Shown here in pieces: positions 37,077-47,074 of a stretch of 64,000 nt of DNA. The stretch's first letter is position 1; each line of letters opens with the position of its first letter. Origin of the DNA: Chloroflexi bacterium B3_Chlor. GTDB lineage: Bacteria; Chloroflexota; Anaerolineae; UBA7937; B3-Chlor. The notes beneath the pieces were generated by a model, which ran no database searches, had not been told where the DNA came from, and was given only the letters and a program-made list of their open reading frames with translations. Where the stretch lies: NCBI GenBank assembly GCA_005223035.1, contig NJBK01000012.1:815-64814 (forward strand), read 5' to 3'. Both the position numbers and the translations under genes were made by a program.

Positions 37077-37835
37077 ATGTCGGTCCTCAAGCTGCAGGGC
37101 GACGTCATCTACGGCCCGATCCACTCCCGACGCTTGGGCCGTTCCCTGGGCATTAACCTGCTGCCCACGATCCACAAACTCTGTACCTTTGATTGCATCT
37201 ACTGCCAATATGGGAGCTCTGACGCCGGGTCTATGCCTGAGGAACACACAGGGTTCCCCTCGCTGGAAACCGTTCTACAAAGCGTAGAGAAGGCTTTGAG
37301 TCAGCAACCGCCTCCAAACTACCTGACCTTCTCGGGCAACGGCGAGCCGACGCTACATCCTCGGTTCCCGGAGATCGTAGTAGAAGTGCGCCGCCTGAGG
37401 GACCGGATGTGCCCTGATGTCAGATTGGCTATTCTCTCCAACTCGTCTCGGATCCACCGTTCTGAGATCAGAGAAGCCGTACAGCAGCTGGATGACCCGA
37501 TCATGAAGTTGGACGCCGGTGATCCTGCGACCTTCGCACAGATTAACCGTCCTGTGCCGGGAGTCACGTTTGAGAAGATAATTGCTGGTCTGGCAGCCAT
37601 GCCTCGAGTCATAATCCAAAGCATGATCGTCGACGGCCCGCTTCAGAACGCGGAGGGTGAGGCCCATGAAGCGTGGCTCAGTACACTAGCTCAACTATCC
37701 CCGGAAAAGGTGCAAGTATACAGCACCGAGCGTCCAGTAGCGCAGACTGAGGTAGAAAGGGTATCCAAGGCAACCCTAGAGGAGCTAGCCCGGAACGCCG
37801 AGAAACGAACAGGCGTCCCGGTGAGGGCATACTAG
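37077..37835 (+). CDS. Radical SAM protein
   Basis: ..YGPIHSRRLGRSLGINLLP..CTFDCIYCQYG.. (CxxxCxxC). Start taken at ATG 37077. Confidence 0.7.
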   Translation: MSVLKLQGDVIYGPIHSRRLGRSLGINLLPTIHKLCTFDCIYCQYGSSDAGSMPEEHTGFPSLETVLQSVEKALSQQPPPNYLTFSGNGEPTLHPRFPEIVVEVRRLRDRMCPDVRLAILSNSSRIHRSEIREAVQQLDDPIMKLDAGDPATFAQINRPVPGVTFEKIIAGLAAMPRVIIQSMIVDGPLQNAEGEAHEAWLSTLAQLSPEKVQVYSTERPVAQTEVERVSKATLEELARNAEKRTGVPVRAY

Positions 37836-37864
37836 GGCCGGTCGGTCGAAGAAAGGCAACACCC

Positions 37865-38962
37865 ATGAGGATACTACACATCTACAAAGACTATTATCCT
37901 GTTGTGGGAGGCATGGAAAACCATATCAGGCTACTGGCTGAAGGGGCGGTGAAACAGGGAATGGAGGTCACCGTCCTGGTCACGAGTCTTACCCATTCAA
38001 CCGACATACAAGAAATGAATGGGGTCAGGATCATCAAGGCTGGAAGGCTGGCCACCCTGGCTTCCACCCCCTTGAGTTCCGCTCTCTTCTTGTGGGTGAG
38101 ACGTTTGAAGCCCGATATCACCCACTTGCACTCCCCATACCCGTGGGGAGAGATGTCCCATTTGATGTTCGGGCACAGTCAAAGAACGGTCATCACCTAT
38201 CAAAGCGACATCGTTCGCCAGAAAAGCCTTCTCAAGCTGTACCGCCCATTCCTGAGGCGCATCCTGAGAAGAGCGGACCGCATCATCGCCACCAGCCCCC
38301 AATATATCCAGAGTTCACCGCACCTGAGCCAGGTGGCGGACAAGTGCGTGGTCATACCGTTGGGTATTGACCTTGAACGCTTCCAAAAAGCCAGAAAAGA
38401 GGAAGTGAAAGAACTGAGGAGCAAATACAGCCCTCCTTTGCTCCTCTTCGTGGGCATACTCCGATATTACAAGGGGTTGGAGTATCTCATCAGAGCGATG
38501 AGACACGTGAATGCCCGGCTCCTGGTAGTAGGTTCAGGGCCCATGGCTGAAGAATGGCAGCACCTGACACTCAAACTGGGTCTAGCGGACAGGGTCTTCT
38601 TCGTCGGCCAGCACGTGGAGGACTTACCCGCCTATTATCAAGCCTGTGACCTTTTTGTGCTTCCTTCTTCCCACCGTAGCGAAGCCTTCGGCATGGTGCA
38701 AGTAGAAGCGATGGCCTGTGGCAAGGCGGTCATCTGTACCGAACTGGGCACTGGAACCTCCTACGTGAATGTTGACGGCGAAACGGGCCTGGTCGTGCCA
38801 GCCCGTGACGCCGATGCCCTGGCGCGAGCCATCAATCGCTTGCTGAGCGATGAGGGGTCCCGAGCACAGATGGGTGAAAGGGGGAAGAAACGGGCCATGC
38901 AAGAGTTCTCCCACGAAGTCATGAGAGACAGAGTCCTGGCGCTCTACGAGAGTCTCCTATGA
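37865..38962 (+). CDS. GT4-family glycosyltransferase
   Basis: ..LFVGILRYYKG.. and ..SEAFGMVQVEAMACGKAVICTELGTG.. (EX7E). Confidence 0.8.
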   Translation: MRILHIYKDYYPVVGGMENHIRLLAEGAVKQGMEVTVLVTSLTHSTDIQEMNGVRIIKAGRLATLASTPLSSALFLWVRRLKPDITHLHSPYPWGEMSHLMFGHSQRTVITYQSDIVRQKSLLKLYRPFLRRILRRADRIIATSPQYIQSSPHLSQVADKCVVIPLGIDLERFQKARKEEVKELRSKYSPPLLLFVGILRYYKGLEYLIRAMRHVNARLLVVGSGPMAEEWQHLTLKLGLADRVFFVGQHVEDLPAYYQACDLFVLPSSHRSEAFGMVQVEAMACGKAVICTELGTGTSYVNVDGETGLVVPARDADALARAINRLLSDEGSRAQMGERGKKRAMQEFSHEVMRDRVLALYESLL

Positions 38963-39102
38963 AGGTTGAATCCTGCTGTCAACTCGACTATCATAAGTAA
39001 GTCGAAATCGCCGTCGCTGGCGGCGGACGCAAGCCGTGCAAACCTCAACGTGCAACGAAATCAGTAACCGGTGTCACAAGGAAGACTGGACGTTAAGACG
39101 GC

Positions 39103-40071
39103 ATGAAGGTGCTTGTTACCGGTGGCGCGGGCTATATCGGCTCACATCTGGCCGACAGATTGCTGGCAGAAGGCCATCAGGTCATCGTCGTGGACAACCT
39201 CTCCCTAGGTAAGCTGGCCAACATCGAGCACAACCTGGAGAGCCCGGATTTTCGCTTCGTCGAAGGAGACATCCTTGACGTGCCCCTGATAGATGAACTG
39301 ATCGGGGAGTGTGAATTGATCTTTCATCTGGCGGCCGTGGTGGGGGTGAAACACGTCCTGACCGACCCTCTGCAGGCTATGATGACCAACGTGTGCGGTA
39401 CTGGGAGCGTCCTGCAGTCCGCCTGCCAGCATGGCCGCAAGGTAGTATTGGCCTCTTCCTCTGAGGTGTACGCCAAGAGTACGAAGGTTCCTTTAGACGA
39501 GGACGATGACCGCCTCCAGGGTTCGACCCAAGTCTCTCGTTGGTGCTACTCCACGGCGAAAGCCCTCGATGAGCATCTGGCACTTGCCTACCACCGCCAG
39601 CGGGACCTCCCGGTGGTGATCATCCGCTACTTCAATTCCTACGGCCCCCGACTGGACCCCCGGGGCTACGGCAGCGTGGTGGCGAAGTTCGTCAACCAGG
39701 CGCTTGACGGTCGGCCGATTACGGTTCATGGCGATGGACGACAAACCCGCTGCTTCACCTACATTGATGACACCGTCGAGGGCACGGTGCTGTCGGCCAC
39801 GGTTGAGGCTGCCAACGGGGAGGTATTTAACATCGCACGGGCAGAAGAGACGACGGTTCTTCACCTGGCGGAGATCATCAAAGACATGGCCAATTCCTCA
39901 TCAGACATCACCCTCGTGCCCTATGAGCAGGAGTATGGAGACGACTTCGAGGACATCAGGCGTCGCGTGCCCGCCGTGGACAAGGCGGAGCGGATTCTTG
40001 GCTTCAGGGCCCAGGTGCCGCTTGCTGAGGGATTGGAGCAAACCATAAGCTCGTTTCGGAGTGGGAGATGA
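39103..40071 (+). CDS. NAD-dependent sugar-nucleotide epimerase/dehydratase (SDR; UDP-glucuronate decarboxylase-like)
   Basis: VTGGAGYIGSHL and YSTAK catalytic motifs. Confidence 0.8.
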   Translation: MKVLVTGGAGYIGSHLADRLLAEGHQVIVVDNLSLGKLANIEHNLESPDFRFVEGDILDVPLIDELIGECELIFHLAAVVGVKHVLTDPLQAMMTNVCGTGSVLQSACQHGRKVVLASSSEVYAKSTKVPLDEDDDRLQGSTQVSRWCYSTAKALDEHLALAYHRQRDLPVVIIRYFNSYGPRLDPRGYGSVVAKFVNQALDGRPITVHGDGRQTRCFTYIDDTVEGTVLSATVEAANGEVFNIARAEETTVLHLAEIIKDMANSSSDITLVPYEQEYGDDFEDIRRRVPAVDKAERILGFRAQVPLAEGLEQTISSFRSGR

Positions 40072-41015
40072 AGATCCTGGTCACGGGCGGCGCTGGTTTC
40101 ATAGGCTCAGCCCTCGCCAATCATCTTATCAGCCTGGGACACCGTGTCCGAGCGCTGGATGACCTAAGTTCGGGAGATCCTTCCACCTTAGACAACGCTG
40201 TCTCCTTCACCCGAGGTGATGTACGCGATATCCCCAAGTTGTGGACCCTCCTGCGAGATGTGGAGTGTGTGTTTCACCTGGCCGCACGGGTTTCAGTCTC
40301 AGAGTCGATACTATACCCCGTGGAGTACAACGAGGTGAACGTGGGCGGAACCGTCAGCCTGATGACTGCAGCCCGAGATGCTGGGGTGCGCAGGGTCGTT
40401 CTAGCTTCCTCGGGGACCGTCTACGGGGAACAGGAGCAGCAGCCAGTGAAAGAAACGGCCATCATCCGTCCTCCCAATCCGTACGCAGTGACCAAGATAG
40501 CTTCTGAGTACTATCTGTCTGCCCTCGGTGCGCTTTACGACATAGAGGTGGTCATGCTTCGCATATTCAATGCCTACGGCCCTGGACAGGCGGTTCCCCC
40601 GTCACACCCACCGGTGATTCCACATTTCGTCAGCCAAGCCCTGACTGGAAGCACGCCAATTATCTTCGGGAGCGGCAAGCAGACCCGAGATTTCATCTAC
40701 ATCAGCGACGTGGTCAACGCCCTTACCACGGCAGGGTTGACTGATAACGTCAATGGATTCATCATCAACATCGGGGCGGGCCAAGAAGTAAGCGTCAACG
40801 ATCTGCTGAAGAAGATCGAGAACCTCTTAGGCAGGAGAGTGCCATCTTTGCACAACCCGACCCAAAGTGGTGGTGTATCCCGCCTAGTCGCGGAGACCAG
40901 CCTGGCCAGAAAGGCACTGGGGTTTGAGCCGAAGGTCGGTATGGATGAAGGGCTGCGCCTGATGCTATCCCACTATGAAAAGATCGTCCCATCCCCGACC
41001 GGCGTCCGGTCTTAG
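40068..41015 (+). CDS. NAD-dependent sugar-nucleotide 4-epimerase (SDR)
   Basis: VTGGAGFIGSAL and YAVTK motifs; ATGA overlap with the upstream gene. Confidence 0.8.
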   Translation: MKILVTGGAGFIGSALANHLISLGHRVRALDDLSSGDPSTLDNAVSFTRGDVRDIPKLWTLLRDVECVFHLAARVSVSESILYPVEYNEVNVGGTVSLMTAARDAGVRRVVLASSGTVYGEQEQQPVKETAIIRPPNPYAVTKIASEYYLSALGALYDIEVVMLRIFNAYGPGQAVPPSHPPVIPHFVSQALTGSTPIIFGSGKQTRDFIYISDVVNALTTAGLTDNVNGFIINIGAGQEVSVNDLLKKIENLLGRRVPSLHNPTQSGGVSRLVAETSLARKALGFEPKVGMDEGLRLMLSHYEKIVPSPTGVRS

Positions 41016-41097
41016 GTGGGGCTTGGCCGCGGTTCCAGAGAAAGCGCATTGGAAGCATATCTCGGTAGATGAAGTCCGCAAGTAACCAGGATTGAGC

Positions 41098-44000
41098 ATG
41101 CAAACCAAACTGGGCCTTTTCTGCGAGCGCGTCATCGAGGCCGGCTGGCTGGCGGCTGTCGTGGTCGTCCCTCTATTCTTCAATGTCTATAGCAGCCGGG
41201 TGTTCGAGCCTGACAAACTAAGCCTCCTCCGCTCCATCGCCTTAGTAATGGTCGCGGCCTGGTTGGTGAAGCTACTGGAAGCGCGGCTTGGGAGGGGCAA
41301 AAGCCCACTAAAGGAAAACGGAGGAGGAGTTTTGACCTTCCTTCGCCTCCCATTGGTGATTCCCACGCTGGTCATGGTGGGAGTCTATGTGCTGACCACC
41401 ATAACCTCAGTGGTTCCTAGAGTCAGCTTGTGGGGATCATACCAACGCCTACAAGGCACCTACACCTTCCTCTCCTATGTCGTGATCTTCATGCTGATGC
41501 TGGATACCCTCCGCTCGCGTCAGCAGTTGGAACGCTTGTTAACGGTCATCATTGTCACCAGCTTCCCCATTACGCTCTACGGCATCATACAGCATTTCGA
41601 ACTGGACCCGCTGCCCTGGGGTGGCGACGTCACAGCTCGAGTGGCGTCCAATATGGGTAATGCCATCTTCGTGGCGGCTTACTTGATCATGGTCGTCCCC
41701 CTCACTATGGGCCGGTTCATAATCAATCTACAGTCCTTTGGCGGGTCAGAAACGCTCCCCAGAGAGGGAAAAGCCAGCCCCCCACAACTCGTAGCCACCA
41801 CCAGTTATGTCTTGCTCTTCGCCCTCCAGGCCCTGTGTCTGGCGTACATCTTTGCCTATCAGCTCTTCTTTCTCTCCGATGTGACACATGTGGCCGGCGG
41901 GGCAACCTACTATCTTCTTCTGATCAGCAGTCTGTTAGCGTCTGTGTCAATGATCCTCTTCTCTCTGTTCATCGCCAAGAAGAAACACCTGCCACCTTCG
42001 GCGTGGGTGGCTGCCTACGTGATGCTCTTCGCCGGTCAATCCCTCTCCCTCTCCTACTTCCTTCTCTTGATCTTTCGGCTGAACTACGTAGTCCTGACCG
42101 GTGGTGTCTTCGCAGAGTTCGTGGCCCTGGCAGCGCTGATGATTCTCTTCGTAGTCTCCTTCTGGTTCACTTTCCGTGAGGAGGCCCTCGCTGCCCATCT
42201 CTTGGGGGTGCTATACGGCTTTGTCCTCACTATCCAGCTTATCTGTATCTTCTTCACCAAGAGCCGGGGCCCCTGGATAGGTCTGCTGGTAGGCCTATTC
42301 GTCTTCGTCTTTATCTTTGGGGTGAGACGCAGGATGACATGGCTTTGGGTGGGAGCGGCAGGAGTAGCCGTTGCTGGCATCCTATTCTTGGCAGCCCTCA
42401 ATGTGCCTGACACTCCCCTTACTCCTTTGCGAGAGATCCCCTACATAGGCCGCCTGGGAAGAGTTCTTGAAACAGACACGGGCACTGGCAAGGTGCGAGT
42501 CCTCATCTGGGAAGGGGTTCTTGATCTGATTGGTGCCCACGAGCCTATAGGCCTGTCCCCGGACCACCTGGACAGGTTGAACGTTATACGCCCTCTTGTC
42601 GGCTACGGACCAGAATCCATGTATGTGGCTTACAACAGATTCTACCCTCCCGACCTGGCCCATTACGAGGCTCGAAACGCCTCTCCAGATCGCTCTCACA
42701 ACGAAACCTTCGATGCCCTGGCGATGACAGGATGGGTAGGCTTCCTCTCCTACATGTTCCTGTTCTGCAGTCTCTTCTATTACGGCCTTAAATGGCTGGG
42801 CTTCGCCAGAGATCGGTTGCAGCGTACCATCTACGTGGTCTTGTGGATTCTCGGCGGGGTGTCCTTCGCCGTGGTCGTTCGACTATTGGAAGGCACTTGG
42901 CGCTTCTCAGGGGTGGCTCTGGCCGTCGGCATCACCTTCGGATTCCTCGCATATCTGGTCCTTCACGCCCTGTTCCTGTCGCGAGAGAAGGAAGAAGGAC
43001 CCAGAATCTCGTCCAAGGATCAGGTGTTGCTTATCGCCCTGTTCTCTGCCATCGTCGCGCACTTCATCGAGATTCACTTCGGAATCGCCATAGCCGCTAC
43101 TCGCACGTACTTCTGGCTATATGCAGCCCTGCTAGTGGTCATAGGTCTGTCCTTATGGCGCCGAGTCACAATCGAATCGGACCCCGAAGCCCCACCTCAG
43201 CCGCCGACGCGCCCCAGCAGATCCCGCAGGAGTCCCCGCCGCAGGAAGCCTGGAACGACGAGAGAACGGGCTGCCGCAGGTCCTTCGCTATGGAAACGAG
43301 TTGCGGACGTTATGCCGCTTACCATTGTGATGGGACTGATCATGGCCACTCTGGGTTTCGACCTTATCATCGCCCGGTTTGACCTGGCTGCCACCGGGTT
43401 CAGCGTTCTCTGGCTGCTGGTACTGACTTGGCTATCGGGCGGGGCCATCATTATGTTCGAGACGAAAAGACAGACCTCTCAACGGACTCAAGGCGGGGCA
43501 GTGATGTCCACGCTCGTATATGTCCTTATCAGCTTGGGCATCTTCCTCCTCTTTATCGTTCTCCACTACAACATAGTCAGCCATGAACCCCAAATAAGAA
43601 ACATAGATGATTTGGTGCGCTACTCCCAACTACTCTCCAACACCATTCTCATCTACTATGCCGCGGTCTTCACCATCATCATCCTTGTTACTCTGGCTCT
43701 GGCCAGTGAGAGCAGGCTTCCGCGAACTCTGTGCCGTTGGCCAAGCGTGGCGATTCTCATCGTCTTGACGGTTGGTGTCACTGCCCTCATCTTCGTGACT
43801 AACACGAACATAGTCAGGGCTGACATCCACTACAAGCAGGGTCTGAACTGGGACGAGGCGCAGCAATGGGACGCCAGCATAGCACTCTACAAGGAAAGCA
43901 TACGCTTGGCTCCAGGCCAGGACTGGTACTACCTCTTCATGGCACGAGCCATACTGGAGAAGGCCAGAACTCTCAGTGGGCAAGAGGAGGGTATCCTCTT

Positions 44001-44724
44001 CCAACCTGAGACCATCCAGGCTTTCCTTCGGTTAACGCCTCAGGAGGTGGCAGCGCTGAGTGCTGATGGGCTCTTCAACAGTGGCTCTGTGGTGTTAGAC
44101 AGAGCCAAGGAGCTCAACCTGCTAAACACAGATCACTCCGCCAACCTCGGCCGGATGTTCCGTATGTGGGCCGAGTCCAGCACGGATCCCCAGGATGTCC
44201 AAGACAGATGGGAGCAAGCGGTGAGCTACTACGAAGATGCCACGACCTTGAGCCCTCATAACGCTCAACTATTCAACGAATGGGGCCTGGTCTATTTCAT
44301 CGTCGGCAGATACGAGGAGGCCATCGCCAAGTATCAACAATCACTAGCGCTGGATGCTGAGTTCGTAGAGACCCACGTCCTGTTGGGAGACGCATACACG
44401 GTGCTGGGCAACACCGAGGCGGCAGCGGAGGCCTACCAGCAGGTCCTGGAAATCACCCCCGGCGAGGTCAAGCCTCACATCCAGCTCTGCACCTTCCTGG
44501 CCCAAGAAGGAAAGCTGGAGCAGGCCGTCGACTACTGTCTGAGTGCGATAGACCTCTCCCCCAACAACTATGAGGCTCATCGCAACCTGGCGATCATCTA
44601 TCGGGATCTGGGCCGCATCGAAGAGGCCTTAGCTGAAGCACTGATCTCTCGAGAACTGGCAAGCCAGGAAGAGAGACCGGCCTGGGATAGCTTCATCGCC
44701 GGACTAGAGGAGTTGAGCCGGTGA
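41098..44724 (+). CDS. Giant polytopic membrane protein: O-antigen-ligase/polymerase (Wzy_C)-like core, Pro/Arg-rich linker, additional TM block, C-terminal TPR repeats
   Basis: About 1208 aa with more than 20 hydrophobic segments, ..FFTKSRGPWIGLLVG.., the linker PPQPPTRPSRSRRSPRRRKPG, and TPR-like repeats in the last ~350 aa. Start taken at ATG 41098. Confidence 0.65.
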   Translation: MQTKLGLFCERVIEAGWLAAVVVVPLFFNVYSSRVFEPDKLSLLRSIALVMVAAWLVKLLEARLGRGKSPLKENGGGVLTFLRLPLVIPTLVMVGVYVLTTITSVVPRVSLWGSYQRLQGTYTFLSYVVIFMLMLDTLRSRQQLERLLTVIIVTSFPITLYGIIQHFELDPLPWGGDVTARVASNMGNAIFVAAYLIMVVPLTMGRFIINLQSFGGSETLPREGKASPPQLVATTSYVLLFALQALCLAYIFAYQLFFLSDVTHVAGGATYYLLLISSLLASVSMILFSLFIAKKKHLPPSAWVAAYVMLFAGQSLSLSYFLLLIFRLNYVVLTGGVFAEFVALAALMILFVVSFWFTFREEALAAHLLGVLYGFVLTIQLICIFFTKSRGPWIGLLVGLFVFVFIFGVRRRMTWLWVGAAGVAVAGILFLAALNVPDTPLTPLREIPYIGRLGRVLETDTGTGKVRVLIWEGVLDLIGAHEPIGLSPDHLDRLNVIRPLVGYGPESMYVAYNRFYPPDLAHYEARNASPDRSHNETFDALAMTGWVGFLSYMFLFCSLFYYGLKWLGFARDRLQRTIYVVLWILGGVSFAVVVRLLEGTWRFSGVALAVGITFGFLAYLVLHALFLSREKEEGPRISSKDQVLLIALFSAIVAHFIEIHFGIAIAATRTYFWLYAALLVVIGLSLWRRVTIESDPEAPPQPPTRPSRSRRSPRRRKPGTTRERAAAGPSLWKRVADVMPLTIVMGLIMATLGFDLIIARFDLAATGFSVLWLLVLTWLSGGAIIMFETKRQTSQRTQGGAVMSTLVYVLISLGIFLLFIVLHYNIVSHEPQIRNIDDLVRYSQLLSNTILIYYAAVFTIIILVTLALASESRLPRTLCRWPSVAILIVLTVGVTALIFVTNTNIVRADIHYKQGLNWDEAQQWDASIALYKESIRLAPGQDWYYLFMARAILEKARTLSGQEEGILFQPETIQAFLRLTPQEVAALSADGLFNSGSVVLDRAKELNLLNTDHSANLGRMFRMWAESSTDPQDVQDRWEQAVSYYEDATTLSPHNAQLFNEWGLVYFIVGRYEEAIAKYQQSLALDAEFVETHVLLGDAYTVLGNTEAAAEAYQQVLEITPGEVKPHIQLCTFLAQEGKLEQAVDYCLSAIDLSPNNYEAHRNLAIIYRDLGRIEEALAEALISRELASQEERPAWDSFIAGLEELSR

Positions 44725-45743
44725 TCAACCTTCTGCTCATCTTCACATGCGCGCTGCTTCTGGTCCTGGGCGCCACGCCAGTCGTTCGCCGTGTGGCCAG
44801 CCGCTTGGGGATCGTTGATCGCCCCGATTCCCGCAAACTGCATCGCTCTCCGGTGCCCCTGCTGGGAGGGATTGCCATCTACGCAGGTTTCATCGTGGCC
44901 CTGCTGCTTTTTGGCGAACGGTGGGTGGTCTCAGAGTTGATAAGCATTCTGGTGGGCGCGACCATAGTTTCCTTCCTCGGGATCTGGGACGACCGCTGGG
45001 GGGTGCGTCCCTTGTTGAAACTCGTGGGACAGACAGTTGCGGCCACCATAGTGATCATTTTTGGCGTTCAGGTGAGTTTCCTGCCCTACCCCGCTCTGAA
45101 TGTAGCGATCACTTTTCTCTGGATACTGGGCATCACCAACTCCTTGAACCTCCTGGACAACATGGACGGGCTTTCCGGAGGGGTTGGGGCCGTAGCCGCT
45201 GCGTTGTTTCTCTTGCTCGCGGCCATGAACGGGCAATATCTGGTGGGGAGCCTGGCTGCGGCCCTCATGGGGGTCTGCATCGGTTTCCTGTATTACAACT
45301 TCAATCCCGCGACAATCTTCATGGGCGATGCGGGGAGTATGTTCTTGGGCTTCATACTGGCAGTGGTGGGTATCAAGCTCCGCTTTCCCGGCCGCCCAAG
45401 CATGGTGACCTGGATGATCCCCGTGGTGGTACTTGGTGTGCCCATTTTCGACACGACACTGGTGGTCATCTCCCGCTTGCGCCAGGGCATGAACCCCCTG
45501 ATCCATCCCGGCAAAGACCACGTTTCCCACCGATTCGTACTGATGGGCCTGTCTCAGAGAAAAGCGGTGATAGTCCTCTATCTCATCTCTTGTGCCTTGG
45601 GCCTTCCCGCCGTCTTCATCATGCGAGCCGACTTTGTGCAGGCCTACCTCGTGGGAGCGGTACTGTTGCTGGTCGGGCTGACAAGTCTGATCGGTTTGGA
45701 AAGGGTGCGGCCAGTTGGAGGGCGAGATGAATCTAGAGCGTAA
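44721..45743 (+). CDS. Polyprenyl-phosphate N-acetylhexosamine-1-phosphate transferase (MraY/WecA family)
   Basis: ..LNLLDNMDGLSGG.. and ..NFNPATIFMGDAGSMFLG..; GTGA overlap with the upstream stop. Confidence 0.8.
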   Translation: MINLLLIFTCALLLVLGATPVVRRVASRLGIVDRPDSRKLHRSPVPLLGGIAIYAGFIVALLLFGERWVVSELISILVGATIVSFLGIWDDRWGVRPLLKLVGQTVAATIVIIFGVQVSFLPYPALNVAITFLWILGITNSLNLLDNMDGLSGGVGAVAAALFLLLAAMNGQYLVGSLAAALMGVCIGFLYYNFNPATIFMGDAGSMFLGFILAVVGIKLRFPGRPSMVTWMIPVVVLGVPIFDTTLVVISRLRQGMNPLIHPGKDHVSHRFVLMGLSQRKAVIVLYLISCALGLPAVFIMRADFVQAYLVGAVLLLVGLTSLIGLERVRPVGGRDESRA

Positions 45744-47070
45744 GATCGAGGAAAAGGAAGCTCGTATCTGCGTGATCGGGCTTGGGTACGTGGGACTGCC
45801 CCTTGCGGTGGAGTTCGCCCGCGTCGGCTTCCCCGTGACAGGGCTAGACGTGGACGAGGAACGGGTATCGGCTCTAAACCTCGGGCAGAGCTACATTCGA
45901 GATGTCGATGCCGCCGATGTGGCAGAAGCGGTGCAGGCAGGGCACTTTAGCGCCACCGGCGAGTATGACGTGTTGAAGGAGATGGATGTCATCCTTATCT
46001 GCGTCCCGACGCCCTTCACCAAGACCAAGACCCCCGACCTGTCTTACGTAGTGGCTGCTGCCCAGGAGATAACGCCGCGCTTGAAAGGAGGGCAGTTAGT
46101 CATCCTGCAGAGCACTACCTACCCAGGTACGACGGACGAGGATGTCCTGCCCATCCTGGAAGGCTCGGGATTGGTGGCCGGGAGGGATTTCCACCTCGCC
46201 TTCTCCCCCGAGCGCGTCAATCCCGGCGATAGCAAGTATACGGTCACGAATACGCCCAAAGTGGTGGGCGGCGTTTCCCCCCGCTGCGGAGAACTGGCCC
46301 AGCAATTGCTAAGGCATCTGATGCCAGACGTGTACCTCGTATCCTCACCTCGCGCCGCCGAGATGACCAAACTCCTCGAGAATATCTACCGCAGCGTCAA
46401 CATCGCCCTCATCAATGAACTGGCGAAGCTCAGCGAGCGTATGGGCATAGACATCTGGGAGGTTATCGAAGCTGCCTCGACCAAGCCCTTTGGCTTCATG
46501 CCCTTCTACCCAGGGCCCGGGGTGGGAGGGCATTGCGTGCCCGTCGATCCGTATTACCTCTTCTGGAAGGCCAGAGAGTACGATTTCTATCCTAGATTCA
46601 TCGAGCTGGCGGCCGAACTCAACCAGAGCATGCCCTACTTTGTAGTGACAAAGATAAACGAGGCGCTGAACGCCCAAGGCAAGAACCTGCGCAAGGCCAG
46701 GGTGCTTGTCCTGGGAGTGTCCTTCAAGCCCGATGTGGACGATGCTCGCAACTCCCCTGCCCAACGGGTTATTGAACTACTCTCGAGCAAAGGGGCCCAG
46801 GTGACATACAACGATCCCTATATTCCCCAGTTCACCGTGGGGAAAGACGTGTTCTACCACGAGGAATTGACCCTCGCCTCGACGCCTCTAACTCAGGAAC
46901 TCCTGGCGACTCACGATTGCGTGGTCATTGTCGCCGGTCACAGCTCCTATGACTATGATTGGATTGTGGCCCATGCCCCATTGGTGATCGACACGATGAA
47001 TGCCACCAGGGACGTGAGAGCACATCGGGAGAAGGTCTTCCGCATCGGGGCTCCCTCGCCCGGGCGATGA
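45727..47070 (+). CDS. UDP-N-acetyl-hexosamine (ManNAc/GlcNAc) dehydrogenase family
   Basis: ICVIGLGYVGLPLA and the catalytic ..GVGGHCVPVDPYY... Start taken at ATG 45727; the track start is TTG 45715. Confidence 0.8.
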   Translation: MNLERKIEEKEARICVIGLGYVGLPLAVEFARVGFPVTGLDVDEERVSALNLGQSYIRDVDAADVAEAVQAGHFSATGEYDVLKEMDVILICVPTPFTKTKTPDLSYVVAAAQEITPRLKGGQLVILQSTTYPGTTDEDVLPILEGSGLVAGRDFHLAFSPERVNPGDSKYTVTNTPKVVGGVSPRCGELAQQLLRHLMPDVYLVSSPRAAEMTKLLENIYRSVNIALINELAKLSERMGIDIWEVIEAASTKPFGFMPFYPGPGVGGHCVPVDPYYLFWKAREYDFYPRFIELAAELNQSMPYFVVTKINEALNAQGKNLRKARVLVLGVSFKPDVDDARNSPAQRVIELLSSKGAQVTYNDPYIPQFTVGKDVFYHEELTLASTPLTQELLATHDCVVIVAGHSSYDYDWIVAHAPLVIDTMNATRDVRAHREKVFRIGAPSPGR

Positions 47071-47074
47071 ACGG

